Shown one piece after another: positions 1 to 10,127 of a stretch of DNA of 64,000 nucleotides. The notes under the pieces were generated by a model that saw only the letters and a program-made list of their open reading frames with translations, made no database searches and was not told the origin of the DNA. Made by a program: the position numbers and the translations under genes. This DNA is from a virus. Taxonomy: Duplodnaviria > Caudoviricetes. Where the stretch lies: positions 1 to 64,000 of the IMG/VR virus record IMGVR_UViG_3300025589_000004. One strand, 5' to 3'. Within the stretch, counting starts at the first letter, position 1. Every line of letters starts with the position of its first letter.

Positions 1-635
1 AATATTTTAGCTAAAAGATTAGTATTTACAGCAATTTGTTTATTATTGTTTAATTTAATTGTATTATCATCTATATTAACTTTCAATACTTTTGCTCCAG
101 TATCACCGCCAGCAACATTTTTTTCATTATCTGTAATTAAACCTGTATTATGATATTGACTACCTTCAGTGATATTTCTTAATCCAGCAAATATTTTAGC
201 TAAATTAGTTTGTTGTAGTGAAATCATAGTGATATCCGTTACTGTCGCACCCCCCCATTTTCTATTACGTTTTTCTAATACTGTATCATCAATATTAACA
301 TCTAATCCACCTGAAGTATTAGTACCAATTGCTCCAGCTGGATAATATGCATTTTTAATTCTTCTATTATTATTTTCCCACAACAAACCACTACCAACAG
401 CTGATGCACTAATACCTATATTAGTGCCATCATAATTAGTTAATGATTTATTATCTGGAAATAACCAAAAATCTCTAGCAACACCTCTTAATGTTAGTTT
501 ATTACTAGAATTCAAAAATTCCATAGAATTATATTCTCTTAATACAGTACTTGTACTTTGTGCCAATATATATGTAGCAATAAATGATATTACAATTAAT
601 ATTACATTTATATTCTTCTTGATTATATTTCTCAT
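1..635 (-). CDS. Partial ORF (runs off window start); N-terminal signal-like segment and fibre-type repeats
   Basis: Not in ORF track. Manual translation from ATG at 635: MRNIIKKNINVILIVISFIATYILAQ..., with LDVNIDDTVL and LKVNIDDNTIKLNNNKQIAVN repeats; no stop before position 1. Confidence 0.6.
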   Translation of the reverse strand, partial: MRNIIKKNINVILIVISFIATYILAQSTSTVLREYNSMEFLNSSNKLTLRGVARDFWLFPDNKSLTNYDGTNIGISASAVGSGLLWENNNRRIKNAYYPAGAIGTNTSGGLDVNIDDTVLEKRNRKWGGATVTDITMISLQQTNLAKIFAGLRNITEGSQYHNTGLITDNEKNVAGGDTGAKVLKVNIDDNTIKLNNNKQIAVNTNLLAKI

Positions 636-639
636 ATTA

Positions 640-933
640 TTATGTCTCCTCTTCAAAAATTGGTATATAATAGCGTTTATTAGTCTCCAAATCTTCTACT
701 TTTAAAAACTTATTATTATGTTTTAATTTATAAATTCCAGATACCGCTAAATCTTGTGAAGTAACTATATTATCACCGCCGACAATCAAACAGTATTTTA
801 ATAGCCATAATATATCATCCAATAATCGTTTTGCAGGTCTATTGATTGTCGATATTTGTAAATACTCATTTGGATGTATAGAAACATCTTCATATTGACT
901 CCACGGCATTTTTTTAATAGTATCAAGATTCAT
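640..933 (-). CDS. Small hypothetical, probably virion/fibre-associated protein
   Basis: 97 aa; C-terminal KFLKVEDLETNKRYYIPIF resembles the C-terminus of ORF 62838-63302. Confidence 0.45.
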   Translation of the reverse strand: MNLDTIKKMPWSQYEDVSIHPNEYLQISTINRPAKRLLDDILWLLKYCLIVGGDNIVTSQDLAVSGIYKLKHNNKFLKVEDLETNKRYYIPIFEEET

Positions 934-1102
934 GAGATATGCTATTAATTATATATTGTAATTATTAATTCGGTTTCAATATTATTATTTATTATTTAAT
1001 TAATAATTAATTAAAAAAATAATTAAAATAATTTAAATATTTATTTAATAAATAACCTATAAATAAAACTATAATATAAAATAAGAAAGGAGAAAGGAAT
1101 TT

Positions 1103-1939
1103 ATGGCAAACGTAGAATATTTATTTAGAGAATTAAAGCAGAAGACTGAACATCTGAAAAAACAGCCAAATATAACTTCAGATGAAATTAAAGAATTGTT
1201 TGCAATTATTGAAAAAATGGGGATGTCTACATTTAAGAGTTATGCTAAAGATTATTTAGTTTATAGAGATGGTGTAGACCAGATGACGCCAAGAGCTAAA
1301 TTTATTGTTGATAAGATTAATTTGTTATGGAAAAAGACATTAAATGAGCTTTTACCAGCAAATGAAGGATTTAAGGTGTTGATAGACGAGTTTGGCTTTG
1401 ATAAGATATTTGGTATAGTATTCAATCTAAAAACTGGTGTTGATGAAACATTAAGTATAATAGAACGTAATATGAAAGATACTTTGAAGCAAAAAGAAAA
1501 GGAGGAAAGAGAAAAAGCTGAATTTGAGATAAAAAATAAAAGAAATAAGATAAAAGAAACTATTAAAAAGTACAATTCAGAATTAGTTAAAATGGCAATT
1601 AGTGGTAATTATGATATTCCAGTATTAAATGTTAGTATTTCATATCTTCCACTAAAACAGAAAGATGAATTATTACAGAAATATCCATTTGTTGTTATTA
1701 TTGATGCTGGAACAAGACAAGAGCCAGCATTTAGAGATGATTATGGCGAGCCATATTATCCAACACAACATCGAAGAGAGACAAACTATTTATATGTAGA
1801 ATATAGTCATAAATATCCAGAATTTCAAAAAGAAATTGAAAAAACAATAGACGAATATAGAAAAAATCTAGATTTAGATGGTATAATCAAAACTTACGAA
1901 GAAATAATTAAATTTGTAATCAATAATTATAAAAAATAA
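1103..1939 (+). CDS. Hypothetical protein
   Basis: 278 aa, AAGGA RBS, TATAAATA at 1058-1065 upstream. Confidence 0.6.
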   Translation: MANVEYLFRELKQKTEHLKKQPNITSDEIKELFAIIEKMGMSTFKSYAKDYLVYRDGVDQMTPRAKFIVDKINLLWKKTLNELLPANEGFKVLIDEFGFDKIFGIVFNLKTGVDETLSIIERNMKDTLKQKEKEEREKAEFEIKNKRNKIKETIKKYNSELVKMAISGNYDIPVLNVSISYLPLKQKDELLQKYPFVVIIDAGTRQEPAFRDDYGEPYYPTQHRRETNYLYVEYSHKYPEFQKEIEKTIDEYRKNLDLDGIIKTYEEIIKFVINNYKK

Positions 1940-1947
1940 TAGTTAAA

Positions 1948-3189
1948 CTATTTGTTCCATATTATCTTAAATAATTGTGTATATGGCGGTATAATTTTCT
2001 TTATTCCTGTTTTTATTATCTCTTCTATTGTTTTCTTTATTATTTCTATAGATTCTGCAGTTAAATTATTTATTCCAGAAACCAAATTGCTATTATTAAT
2101 TTTTATACTGAACAATGCAGATTTATGTAATCCTTCATATCCAATTTGATTAACACCATAAATAACTTCTAGATGCTCATACATATATGCACTATTTGGA
2201 TATATATACGAATCTTCTGCAGAAACTGGTATTATAGTAGCTGAAGTATGATATATATTCGAATAATCTGGATTTATTGATATTGATTCTATATTAGAAT
2301 AATTATTACCAAACTTATAAATTAAATATACAATATTATCAATCATTGAATTTTCTGTACAATTGACAGATATATAAATCCTAGTATTTTTTAATTTAGC
2401 TGAGCCTATAGGTATTTCATTATTAGTAATATCTATTTGACCTGAAATATCAAACCAGAAATCATAATGATTTTTTAGTTCACCTGCTAATAGTTTTATA
2501 GTTCCTGTATAACAATTTTTTACTGTTAAATCTGTATTAATTGGAATTTCAAACATATAGTTATATGGCATACCAGATAATAAAAATTTTGGTGATATTG
2601 CTTCTATTAGATTTATTCCAGCAGATACAGATGGAGCACCAGTTAATGTACTTAATGGATTAGTAAAACTAACCATAGGTTTTTCTGGTAAATATTTTCT
2701 ATATTTATTGAATATATGTTTATCTACTAATGAATAATCACCAGATAATATTGCTCTAGTTTGTATATCTGAAATATCAACTTCTTGTAAAGCTTTAATT
2801 GAATCGAAGTATATAGTTTGGATATAATTTTTAGTTAAATCACTGATTATAATAGCACTATCTATTGTATTGGTAAAATCTGTATAATCTATATTATTTA
2901 TTGGAGCTGTTTGGTAGCCATATTTATCGAATGAGTATAGCATTGAGCCATCATATTCTGATAGATTATTAAAAGTAGTAATATATATAGAATCACCTGA
3001 TAAGTCTGCATTAATACAAAATTCATCAAAATTATTATTTAATAAAAAAGTATCTGTTTTATCTATTCTACTATTAACTGATGATGAGACAAAGTTAAAT
3101 ATACTATCTAACGAATTGAATTTAGTTGAAAAAGAGATAGTCTCTTTTCCAATAGATATTTTGTCTATTATTATATTTTTTGCCCACAC
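1948..3189 (-). CDS. Putative virion structural (baseplate/tail) protein
   Basis: 413 aa, beta-rich composition, C-terminal IKKIIPPYTQL resembling baseplate wedge ends; co-oriented downstream of gp21-gp22. Confidence 0.4.
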   Translation of the reverse strand: MWAKNIIIDKISIGKETISFSTKFNSLDSIFNFVSSSVNSRIDKTDTFLLNNNFDEFCINADLSGDSIYITTFNNLSEYDGSMLYSFDKYGYQTAPINNIDYTDFTNTIDSAIIISDLTKNYIQTIYFDSIKALQEVDISDIQTRAILSGDYSLVDKHIFNKYRKYLPEKPMVSFTNPLSTLTGAPSVSAGINLIEAISPKFLLSGMPYNYMFEIPINTDLTVKNCYTGTIKLLAGELKNHYDFWFDISGQIDITNNEIPIGSAKLKNTRIYISVNCTENSMIDNIVYLIYKFGNNYSNIESISINPDYSNIYHTSATIIPVSAEDSYIYPNSAYMYEHLEVIYGVNQIGYEGLHKSALFSIKINNSNLVSGINNLTAESIEIIKKTIEEIIKTGIKKIIPPYTQLFKIIWNK

Positions 3190-3213
3190 GTATAACCATT
3201 AAATTTTATAATA

Positions 3214-4290
3214 TTATATTGAATTTTGCTTGAGTTGTTCTGCAACTAAATCAACTAAATCATTAGTGTTTTTGTTATCTTCATTAATTATTTCTGTAAC
3301 AACAGAAACATCATAAGAAGTCATATTATTAGCAAGCTCAGTCATATATTTATTTTCAAAATCTGACTTTATTTTTTCAACTAACTGTTTAAATCTAGAT
3401 TTAGTTATATTGTTCTTTTCTTTATTAACTATATTTGTCAATTCTTTTTGTTCAGTTTCGTTAAGTATACTAGCAGAAGATTTTATTAATGTATTAAGCT
3501 CATTTTCTGTCAATATAGATTCATTCAATATTTCTTTATTAACATAAACTTCTGTAGGTGAAGATAAATCTATAATCTGATTAATCTTCTTTTGTTCTAT
3601 TGGTTCTTTATTTACTTTTTCCTCTATTTTTTCTTTTATTGCTTGTTTATTATCTTTTATTATTGGTGTTGTTACTTGTTGTTTTACTTTTTCAAATTTT
3701 GGTTTTTCAATTTCAGTATAATTTTTAATATAATCATTTACTTTTTCCAAAATATTCTTTTTAAGTTCAATATATTTCTTATTATTTATTCTTTTGGTAT
3801 ATTCTATTGTTTCCTTTACTATTTTTGGTACTATTTTACTTATTTTTTCATTATAAGATTCAACAGCATTTTTTCTTTTTTGAGATTCTAATATCTGGAC
3901 CGTATTTAACAATCTATTAAGTTTGTGTAATTTTACATTTTTATTAAATAATTTTTCATTATAGTTTATACTCATTGAAGTAATACTTTCATTTACTAAA
4001 TCAGCTATTTTATTAATAATATTCTTAGATTTATTACCAATTTTCTCTGCTATTTTTCTATATTTAAGATTTTGATATTTTAACTTCTTATTTTCTTTAG
4101 TCAATGTACTTATTTGTTCTGTAATAACTTTTTCGTTATTTTTAACAATATTATCAATCTTAGATTCAACTAAATCAACAAAATTCTTGATATCAGATAC
4201 TACAGTATTAATAAAATTATCAGAAAAGCCTTCTTGTTTAAATTTCTCAGATAGAGATTCAAATAGTTTATTTTTTTCTTCAATGTTCAT
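3214..4290 (-). CDS. Prohead core scaffold protein (T4 gp22-like)
   Basis: Coiled-coil K/E-rich protein directly after gp21, with many (I/L)xE protease-type sites. Confidence 0.65.
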   Translation of the reverse strand: MNIEEKNKLFESLSEKFKQEGFSDNFINTVVSDIKNFVDLVESKIDNIVKNNEKVITEQISTLTKENKKLKYQNLKYRKIAEKIGNKSKNIINKIADLVNESITSMSINYNEKLFNKNVKLHKLNRLLNTVQILESQKRKNAVESYNEKISKIVPKIVKETIEYTKRINNKKYIELKKNILEKVNDYIKNYTEIEKPKFEKVKQQVTTPIIKDNKQAIKEKIEEKVNKEPIEQKKINQIIDLSSPTEVYVNKEILNESILTENELNTLIKSSASILNETEQKELTNIVNKEKNNITKSRFKQLVEKIKSDFENKYMTELANNMTSYDVSVVTEIINEDNKNTNDLVDLVAEQLKQNSI

Positions 4291-4303
4291 ATTATTATTC
4301 CCT

Positions 4304-5089
4304 TTAATTAAATTTTAAATTTATATAATTATTTATAAATTCATTTATTGCTTTTTTAATTTTTTCTTCTTTTTCTGATAATCTTTTAGGTAGATTACTA
4401 ACATCTTTTTCAAGTTTATTTATAACTCTTTCCACTATTACGCCATATCTATTAATATAATATTCTTTTTCTGATACAATACCATCAACAAACTGTTTAA
4501 TCGATGGTGTTGATACTACATCAAAACAGGATATTACTGGATCTAATACTTTAGTTATTTGTTGTTGATTACTTATTTCTACATTTTTTTCACGGAGATA
4601 TTGATAATCATTATCTTCAAGATTAGCCAGTACACCAACAGAGCGGCTTGATATACCAATCTTACCACCAGTTTTGATTATGCTAGCTAATATATCACCA
4701 TTAGGACTTCCAGTTAATACAATAGATTCACCGATATAATAATCTCCTGGAATATCATCTTTATAATATTCTCCAGATTTGGCTTTTTTCAATGAAACTA
4801 CTCTATGGCACACTTTATTCAAATCCACTTCAAATGTGTCTCTATGTTCAAGTTCACCATAAGCACAACCACACTGAATTTTCTCTTTAATATATCTTTC
4901 TAATGCAGGCTCTATATCTCTATCTAAATAAATTCTATTATTTCCATTAATATAATTTATCATAAAATAAGGCCCACGTATTTTGATTACTTTACCAATA
5001 CTAGGCTCATTTTCTTTAATAATAGTTTCTATATTTTGAAAATTGTCTTCTAATATTAGTTTCATTGATTTATTTGTCTGTGTATTCAT
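4304..5089 (-). CDS. Prohead protease (T4 gp21-like)
   Basis: NGNNRIY, AYGELEH, VCHRV, IGISSRSVG, FDVVSTPS motifs. Confidence 0.93.
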   Translation of the reverse strand: MNTQTNKSMKLILEDNFQNIETIIKENEPSIGKVIKIRGPYFMINYINGNNRIYLDRDIEPALERYIKEKIQCGCAYGELEHRDTFEVDLNKVCHRVVSLKKAKSGEYYKDDIPGDYYIGESIVLTGSPNGDILASIIKTGGKIGISSRSVGVLANLEDNDYQYLREKNVEISNQQQITKVLDPVISCFDVVSTPSIKQFVDGIVSEKEYYINRYGVIVERVINKLEKDVSNLPKRLSEKEEKIKKAINEFINNYINLKFN

Positions 5090-5176
5090 ATATCCTCAAT
5101 AGACCTAAAACATTTAAATTAGATTAATAATTATATATTATATATTTATTTTTAAATTATTTTTTTATTATAAAAA

Positions 5177-5290
5177 TTATTCGATAATTGATATACAAGC
5201 ACTCATACAAATAATCCACCAAAAACCTAATATTATTATTATCCCGATAATATCAATAATACCACTAACTATCATTTTAATCAACTTCAT
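5177..5290 (-). CDS. Small single-pass membrane protein (37 aa)
   Basis: Below ORF-track cutoff. AAGGAG RBS, then MKLIKMIVSGIIDIIGIIIILGFWWIICMSACISIIE. Confidence 0.55.
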   Translation of the reverse strand: MKLIKMIVSGIIDIIGIIIILGFWWIICMSACISIIE

Positions 5291-5314
5291 ATTATTATCT
5301 CCTTATTATTAATA

Positions 5315-7240
5315 TTAATTAACTGTTTGGTATGCATTATAAAATTGCCGTTTATGATATTCAGCACGTCTGTTTACATTCCAATTATTAACTGGTGTAA
5401 TAAATCCAACTACACGCATAAAATTACTTACAGACGAATTGTGACATAATGATTTATCAATTTTTCCAACAAATATCTGACCACAAGTATTACATTTAGC
5501 TAAATTCATATTAATAGCAAAATATAATACATTATTTTTAGCGACAATTTCTATTAGTTTTTTCATTTGTTCTGGTAATAATGATTCTGATATATTGATA
5601 TGTAATATAGCACCACCAGAGCATAATTTATCAACTTTACCTGCTAATTTAATTCTATCAAATATATTAACTGTATCCCATAAAGGAACATATTGATTGC
5701 TATACATATCAAAATTAAGATTTTTAAATAGCAATTTATCTTTTTTAAGTAATTCGTAAGCGGTACTCTCTCCGGGGATTTGTTCTATATTAAATATCAT
5801 ATTCTTTTCTTTTTTAGAAATAGCATTATTTAAGTCCTTTATTCTATTTAATACATTTATGATAAAATTAGAACCTTCTTCTGTTTTAATATCCATTCCA
5901 AGTATCTGACAACATTCATTTACACCAATAAAACCTACTGTACTAAATTGTTTAGCTAAATGCATATAACCATAACTATATAATGGTAATTTTTCTAGTT
6001 TGATAAGTTCGGTTATTAAATTTCTATGTAGAATCAATATATCTTGTGCCATAGAGACTGTATCTTCAAGTTTCTTATAAAACTTATCAATTTTTTCATT
6101 GTCATTATAATGAGATATTTCTAATGCTATTCTAGGTAAATTAATTGTAACTACTCTATGTGAGCCAATAGAAACACCACCAGAACCAAAACTATTAATA
6201 TATTGTTCATTCATTTGATTTAAATCATTAAGTAATCTACAGCATGATGATAATTTACCAAGTTCACCACAATATATATTAAAGAATCCATATTTAGCAT
6301 TCTTTTCTGAAATAAAATCTAGAAATTCTTTATCTTGAATTTGACCATCTTTGACATATAAACATGCAGTTATTATTGGGAAAGTAAATATCTGATTATT
6401 TTTTTCTATTTCTTCAATAAAGAAGTCAACAAAAAATCTTTGTAGTTTTTTTATAGATTCAAAATCAGGCTTAGAGTTATCAGGATAATAAGTAAATTTA
6501 AACAAATCTTCCAAAAAATATTTATCAAATACACTCATATTAACAAATGCTGCTTGACCTGCACTACGATATGGAAAATTAAATGAGTATACTAATGATT
6601 GTAGATTTTGTTTGATTATATTAGCTGTAGTTGGATTATCTAGATAGTTATTACCATATTCTGTTCTGCAGAACCAGTCAAGATAGATTAGTAAATCTGG
6701 AAATGCAGATGCTCCAGCAATCTGGTTAGATATATAAGCTAAAAATTGTATTACAAGATTGATAAATGAAGATACATGTTTTGGTCTATTGATTTTTATT
6801 CGTTTGATAAATAATAATCCTTCTTGAACTACTTTATCTAGAGAAAATGCATAACAATAGCTCTTAAGAAAATAGTGTTGGTCGTGTATTTTTAAATGGC
6901 CATTTATACATGCTTCTATTATTTTATTAGCTCGTTTTATTCCATATTTTGAATCTTCAGTTAATCTTTTCCAGATTATATAATAACTATTCAATTTATT
7001 TAATGCTTTACTATATTCATGGTCAAATGAAGATATACTAGTATTATCTACATTAGCATTTGCATCAATTGATATATCAGCTACGGTTTTACCTGAATTT
7101 AGAAAATTGTCTGTAAATATATTTATATCTAAACATCTACTAGATATACCATCTAAATCTAACATTTCTTCACCATACTTATCTTTAATTTCCACTAATT
7201 TATTGATAAACCGCTGATCAAAAGATTGTCTTACTATCAT
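5315..7240 (-). CDS. nrdD: Anaerobic (class III) ribonucleoside-triphosphate reductase
   Basis: SSCCRL active site, IGSHRVVTINLPR, EQIPGES, GGAILH, C-terminal CxxC and glycyl-radical RVVGF. Confidence 0.95.
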   Translation of the reverse strand: MIVRQSFDQRFINKLVEIKDKYGEEMLDLDGISSRCLDINIFTDNFLNSGKTVADISIDANANVDNTSISSFDHEYSKALNKLNSYYIIWKRLTEDSKYGIKRANKIIEACINGHLKIHDQHYFLKSYCYAFSLDKVVQEGLLFIKRIKINRPKHVSSFINLVIQFLAYISNQIAGASAFPDLLIYLDWFCRTEYGNNYLDNPTTANIIKQNLQSLVYSFNFPYRSAGQAAFVNMSVFDKYFLEDLFKFTYYPDNSKPDFESIKKLQRFFVDFFIEEIEKNNQIFTFPIITACLYVKDGQIQDKEFLDFISEKNAKYGFFNIYCGELGKLSSCCRLLNDLNQMNEQYINSFGSGGVSIGSHRVVTINLPRIALEISHYNDNEKIDKFYKKLEDTVSMAQDILILHRNLITELIKLEKLPLYSYGYMHLAKQFSTVGFIGVNECCQILGMDIKTEEGSNFIINVLNRIKDLNNAISKKEKNMIFNIEQIPGESTAYELLKKDKLLFKNLNFDMYSNQYVPLWDTVNIFDRIKLAGKVDKLCSGGAILHINISESLLPEQMKKLIEIVAKNNVLYFAINMNLAKCNTCGQIFVGKIDKSLCHNSSVSNFMRVVGFITPVNNWNVNRRAEYHKRQFYNAYQTVN

Positions 7241-7308
7241 AATAATATTCCATTAAGTGATTAAATGATTTAATTAGAAATTTAGATTGTATTTATTATT
7301 ATACCATT

Positions 7309-7804
7309 TTAAATTAAATTTATTCCTTCTTTTTTAGCTTTACTGATAAGACGCATAAAATCATCATGTATTCTATCTAAATCTATTAAATATTCAATTT
7401 CACTAACATCATCTGGTATTTCACCTTCTTCTAAAGTAGCACGTATATTTGCCATTTTTGTGTGTGGAATATTATAATCTGCATACCAAGAGACATCAAT
7501 ACCAGACCTTAATCCTTCACATATCTCATACATTTGTTCTCGTGTAAATTTTGGATTGGCATATATTGTTATATCTAAATTTTCTAATAATCCGTCAATT
7601 ATTTCTTCCATTTGTTCATAATTAAACTTAGGATTTGCATACCAAGAAACATCTAAATTATCTGATAATCCATTTAGTTATTGTTTTTAATGCCTTGATA
7701 TAATATAGATTTTTGCATTTCGTCGAATTCTGAATCAGATTTTTTCATTTGTTTTTTGTATTGATTTAAGAAATTATAATAATCTTATTATAATAATCTT
7801 TCAT
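7309..7804 (-). pseudogene. 26-aa-repeat family protein, copy 1 (5' part disrupted; 7309-7611 still open)
   Basis: GLxxxLDVSWYANPKFxxxQMxxI repeats continue in frame to 7677; an out-of-frame upstream piece (FDEMQKSILYQGIKNN) and a 14-bp tandem duplication at 7773-7800 break the N-terminus. Confidence 0.7.
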
Positions 7805-7837
7805 TTTAATTTTTCTATAAATTATATATTTTGTTAT

Positions 7838-8482
7838 CTATTTATATAGAAAATATAGTATTTTTGAAATGAATTTTCTATTTTCTTCAGTTTTTTCAGT
7901 AAAAGATGGGTAAAAATCTATAAATTTATGATTTCCAATAAGATATTCATTAAAATTAACATTTTCTATTGTTTTTTCTGTATTTTTTGGTAATTTAATT
8001 AAAAATCTCTGTAATTTTTTATAGTTTTTATTTGTATTTTTAGTAAAAACATCTATTTTGTCATATTTACCATCTTTAATTATATCTATATTATCTAAAA
8101 TCTCTAAAAAAATACTATTTTCTTTATTTTTTTCATATAATTCCTCTAATTTATATCCAGTATATATACAAATCCGTTTTTCTGAATACTTTTCTTTAAT
8201 AAATCTGATAATTTCTAATAAAGAATGTATTTGGTCAAAAGGCTCGCCACCTAAAAATACAAAATAATCTATATAATCTTTACAGCTTATCATATCTGTT
8301 TTAATTTTATATAAAAAATCTTCTATTTTAATAGAATTACCTTCATTAAAATCTAATAATATAATATTTTGGCAATCTGGACAACGAATAGTACATCCTT
8401 GAAAATAAATTAAATAACTAAAATATCCAGGTACTTCTAAAAAACCAATATTACTATATTCAATTTTCGGTGTTATTATCAT
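7838..8482 (-). CDS. nrdG: Anaerobic RNR activase (radical SAM)
   Basis: GCTIRCPDC (CxxxCxxC), LGGEP, IYTGY, DIIKDGKY; close to nrdD. Confidence 0.92.
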   Translation of the reverse strand: MIITPKIEYSNIGFLEVPGYFSYLIYFQGCTIRCPDCQNIILLDFNEGNSIKIEDFLYKIKTDMISCKDYIDYFVFLGGEPFDQIHSLLEIIRFIKEKYSEKRICIYTGYKLEELYEKNKENSIFLEILDNIDIIKDGKYDKIDVFTKNTNKNYKKLQRFLIKLPKNTEKTIENVNFNEYLIGNHKFIDFYPSFTEKTEENRKFISKILYFLYK

Positions 8483-8492
8483 TTAATATTAA

Positions 8493-8756
8493 TTAATTAT
8501 TATCTAAATATTCATTTATATCTAAATTATTTTTCAAACAATATCTTATTTCTTTCATTTGTTCAGCAGAAAATTTAGGATTAGCGTATATTGAAACATC
8601 TAAATCATCTAAAAGCCCATAATAAATTATTTCAGCTTGATATTTATCAAATTTCGGATTAGCATACCAACTAATATCAAGACCATTTTCCAAACCTTTA
8701 ATTATCAAAGAAGCTAATGTATTAAATGTTCGATTTTTGTTATCTGTTTTGTACAT
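8493..8756 (-). CDS. 26-aa-repeat family protein, copy 2
   Basis: GLENGLDISWYANPKF...GLLDDLDVSIYANPKFSAEQMKEIR; open frame extends upstream of the ATG with VDISWLLD. Confidence 0.75.
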   Translation of the reverse strand: MYKTDNKNRTFNTLASLIIKGLENGLDISWYANPKFDKYQAEIIYYGLLDDLDVSIYANPKFSAEQMKEIRYCLKNNLDINEYLDNN

Positions 8757-8848
8757 TTCTTTGTCTAATAACCAAGATATATCAACATTAATTAATCTTT
8801 TAATTATCTGTTTTGTAGATGAATTTAATATTTAAATATATTTATAAT

Positions 8849-9772
8849 TTATTTATAATTTAATATTAAATAATCATAAAATTTATTTGGAACTACAGAA
8901 TCACCAAAAGTTTTGATAATAGCATAATCTTTATCTATATCATCATTCTTTTTACAAAATAATCTATACCATATAGTGGCTTGTGGATTAAGTAATTTAT
9001 TAGCTAAAGCAACTTTTTCCTCAAAAAAATCAATTTGTTTATCTTGATTATTACAACCAATTTCTGTTATCCAAATAGGTTTATTTAACATATTATGTTT
9101 TTTAATATAATCTATCATCTCTAATAATCTAACTGTTTCTTTTATTGAATTGATATAACAATGTACAGATATGATATCAGAAACATCATTTACTAAAAAT
9201 GATTTTAAAATTTCATAATTATATATTTTCCATTCGTCATGATAAATTTCTTGACATATATTTACTGGACTCATTGATATAACTTTAATATTCTTATTCT
9301 TAGATTTAATATATTCATAGATTTTACGTATAGCAATAAAACAATCATTAAATGATTTAAATTGTTCACCGATATATGTCATATGAGGCAATTCATTAAA
9401 TATTTCTATATATCTAATATTAGTATCATTTATTAAACTATATAATCTTTGTTTTGTGATATTATAATTATTATATGTATCTAATAAAGCTATTGGTGTT
9501 AATTTTGCATTTATCATTCTATTAATAAGATAGATATAATTTGGCATTAATAGCATATCTTTCGGCATAGGAATTCTGATAAATCCATTTCTTACTTTAT
9601 TTTTATTCATTTTATATAATGAATTTATCATTATATCAAAATCTAAATTAGATTTAAGCTCATTTTGAAATACAACAAAGCCATTAATCCATCTATCAGA
9701 TATATCTGTTTTTGGAATTTTGATAATTTTAAGTAATACTAATAATCTTAATAATAATTCTTTTATATTCAT
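8849..9772 (-). CDS. Glycoside hydrolase, clan GH-A-like, with N-terminal hydrophobic segment
   Basis: IEIFNELP (acid/base), IISVHCY, KPIWITEIG (nucleophile). Confidence 0.8.
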   Translation of the reverse strand: MNIKELLLRLLVLLKIIKIPKTDISDRWINGFVVFQNELKSNLDFDIMINSLYKMNKNKVRNGFIRIPMPKDMLLMPNYIYLINRMINAKLTPIALLDTYNNYNITKQRLYSLINDTNIRYIEIFNELPHMTYIGEQFKSFNDCFIAIRKIYEYIKSKNKNIKVISMSPVNICQEIYHDEWKIYNYEILKSFLVNDVSDIISVHCYINSIKETVRLLEMIDYIKKHNMLNKPIWITEIGCNNQDKQIDFFEEKVALANKLLNPQATIWYRLFCKKNDDIDKDYAIIKTFGDSVVPNKFYDYLILNYK

Positions 9773-9774
9773 AA

Positions 9775-10101
9775 CTAATTTAAATTAAATATTAAACTTA
9801 ATAAAAATATTTCTTGTTTTTGTTTATAATCATATATCTGATTTGCAATTAATGACACATCTAATTTTTCACTTAAAAACGATTTAATTATTTTCATATC
9901 ATTTATTGAAAATATTGGATTAGCATACCAAGATACATCTAAGCCTTCACAAAGTCCTTTAAATATCATTTTCATTTGACTAGAGTCAAATCTTTCATCG
10001 CAATACCAAGATATATCTATACCGGTATTTATTCCTTTTAATATATATTCTCTTTGCATCACATCAAAATTTTTAAGAAAATTATCTGATAGCATATTCA
10101 T
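9775..10101 (-). CDS. 26-aa-repeat family protein, copy 3
   Basis: Three units: GIDISWYCDERF, GLDVSWYANPIF, KLDVSLIANQIY. Confidence 0.75.
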   Translation of the reverse strand: MNMLSDNFLKNFDVMQREYILKGINTGIDISWYCDERFDSSQMKMIFKGLCEGLDVSWYANPIFSINDMKIIKSFLSEKLDVSLIANQIYDYKQKQEIFLLSLIFNLN

Positions 10102-10127
10102 ACTATTTTTTTATGCAAAAAAAGATA

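Noticed and set aside
7665-7676. 12-nt match (ATAATCCATTTA) to the putative omegaRNA guide flank at 12111-12122
   Set aside because: Too short and AT-rich to be significant, and it does not include the scaffold-proximal bases.
7674-7682. Programmed frameshift joining the two parts of repeat copy 1
   Set aside because: No clear slippery heptamer, and about 20 residues of a repeat unit are missing at the junction, which favours a deletion.
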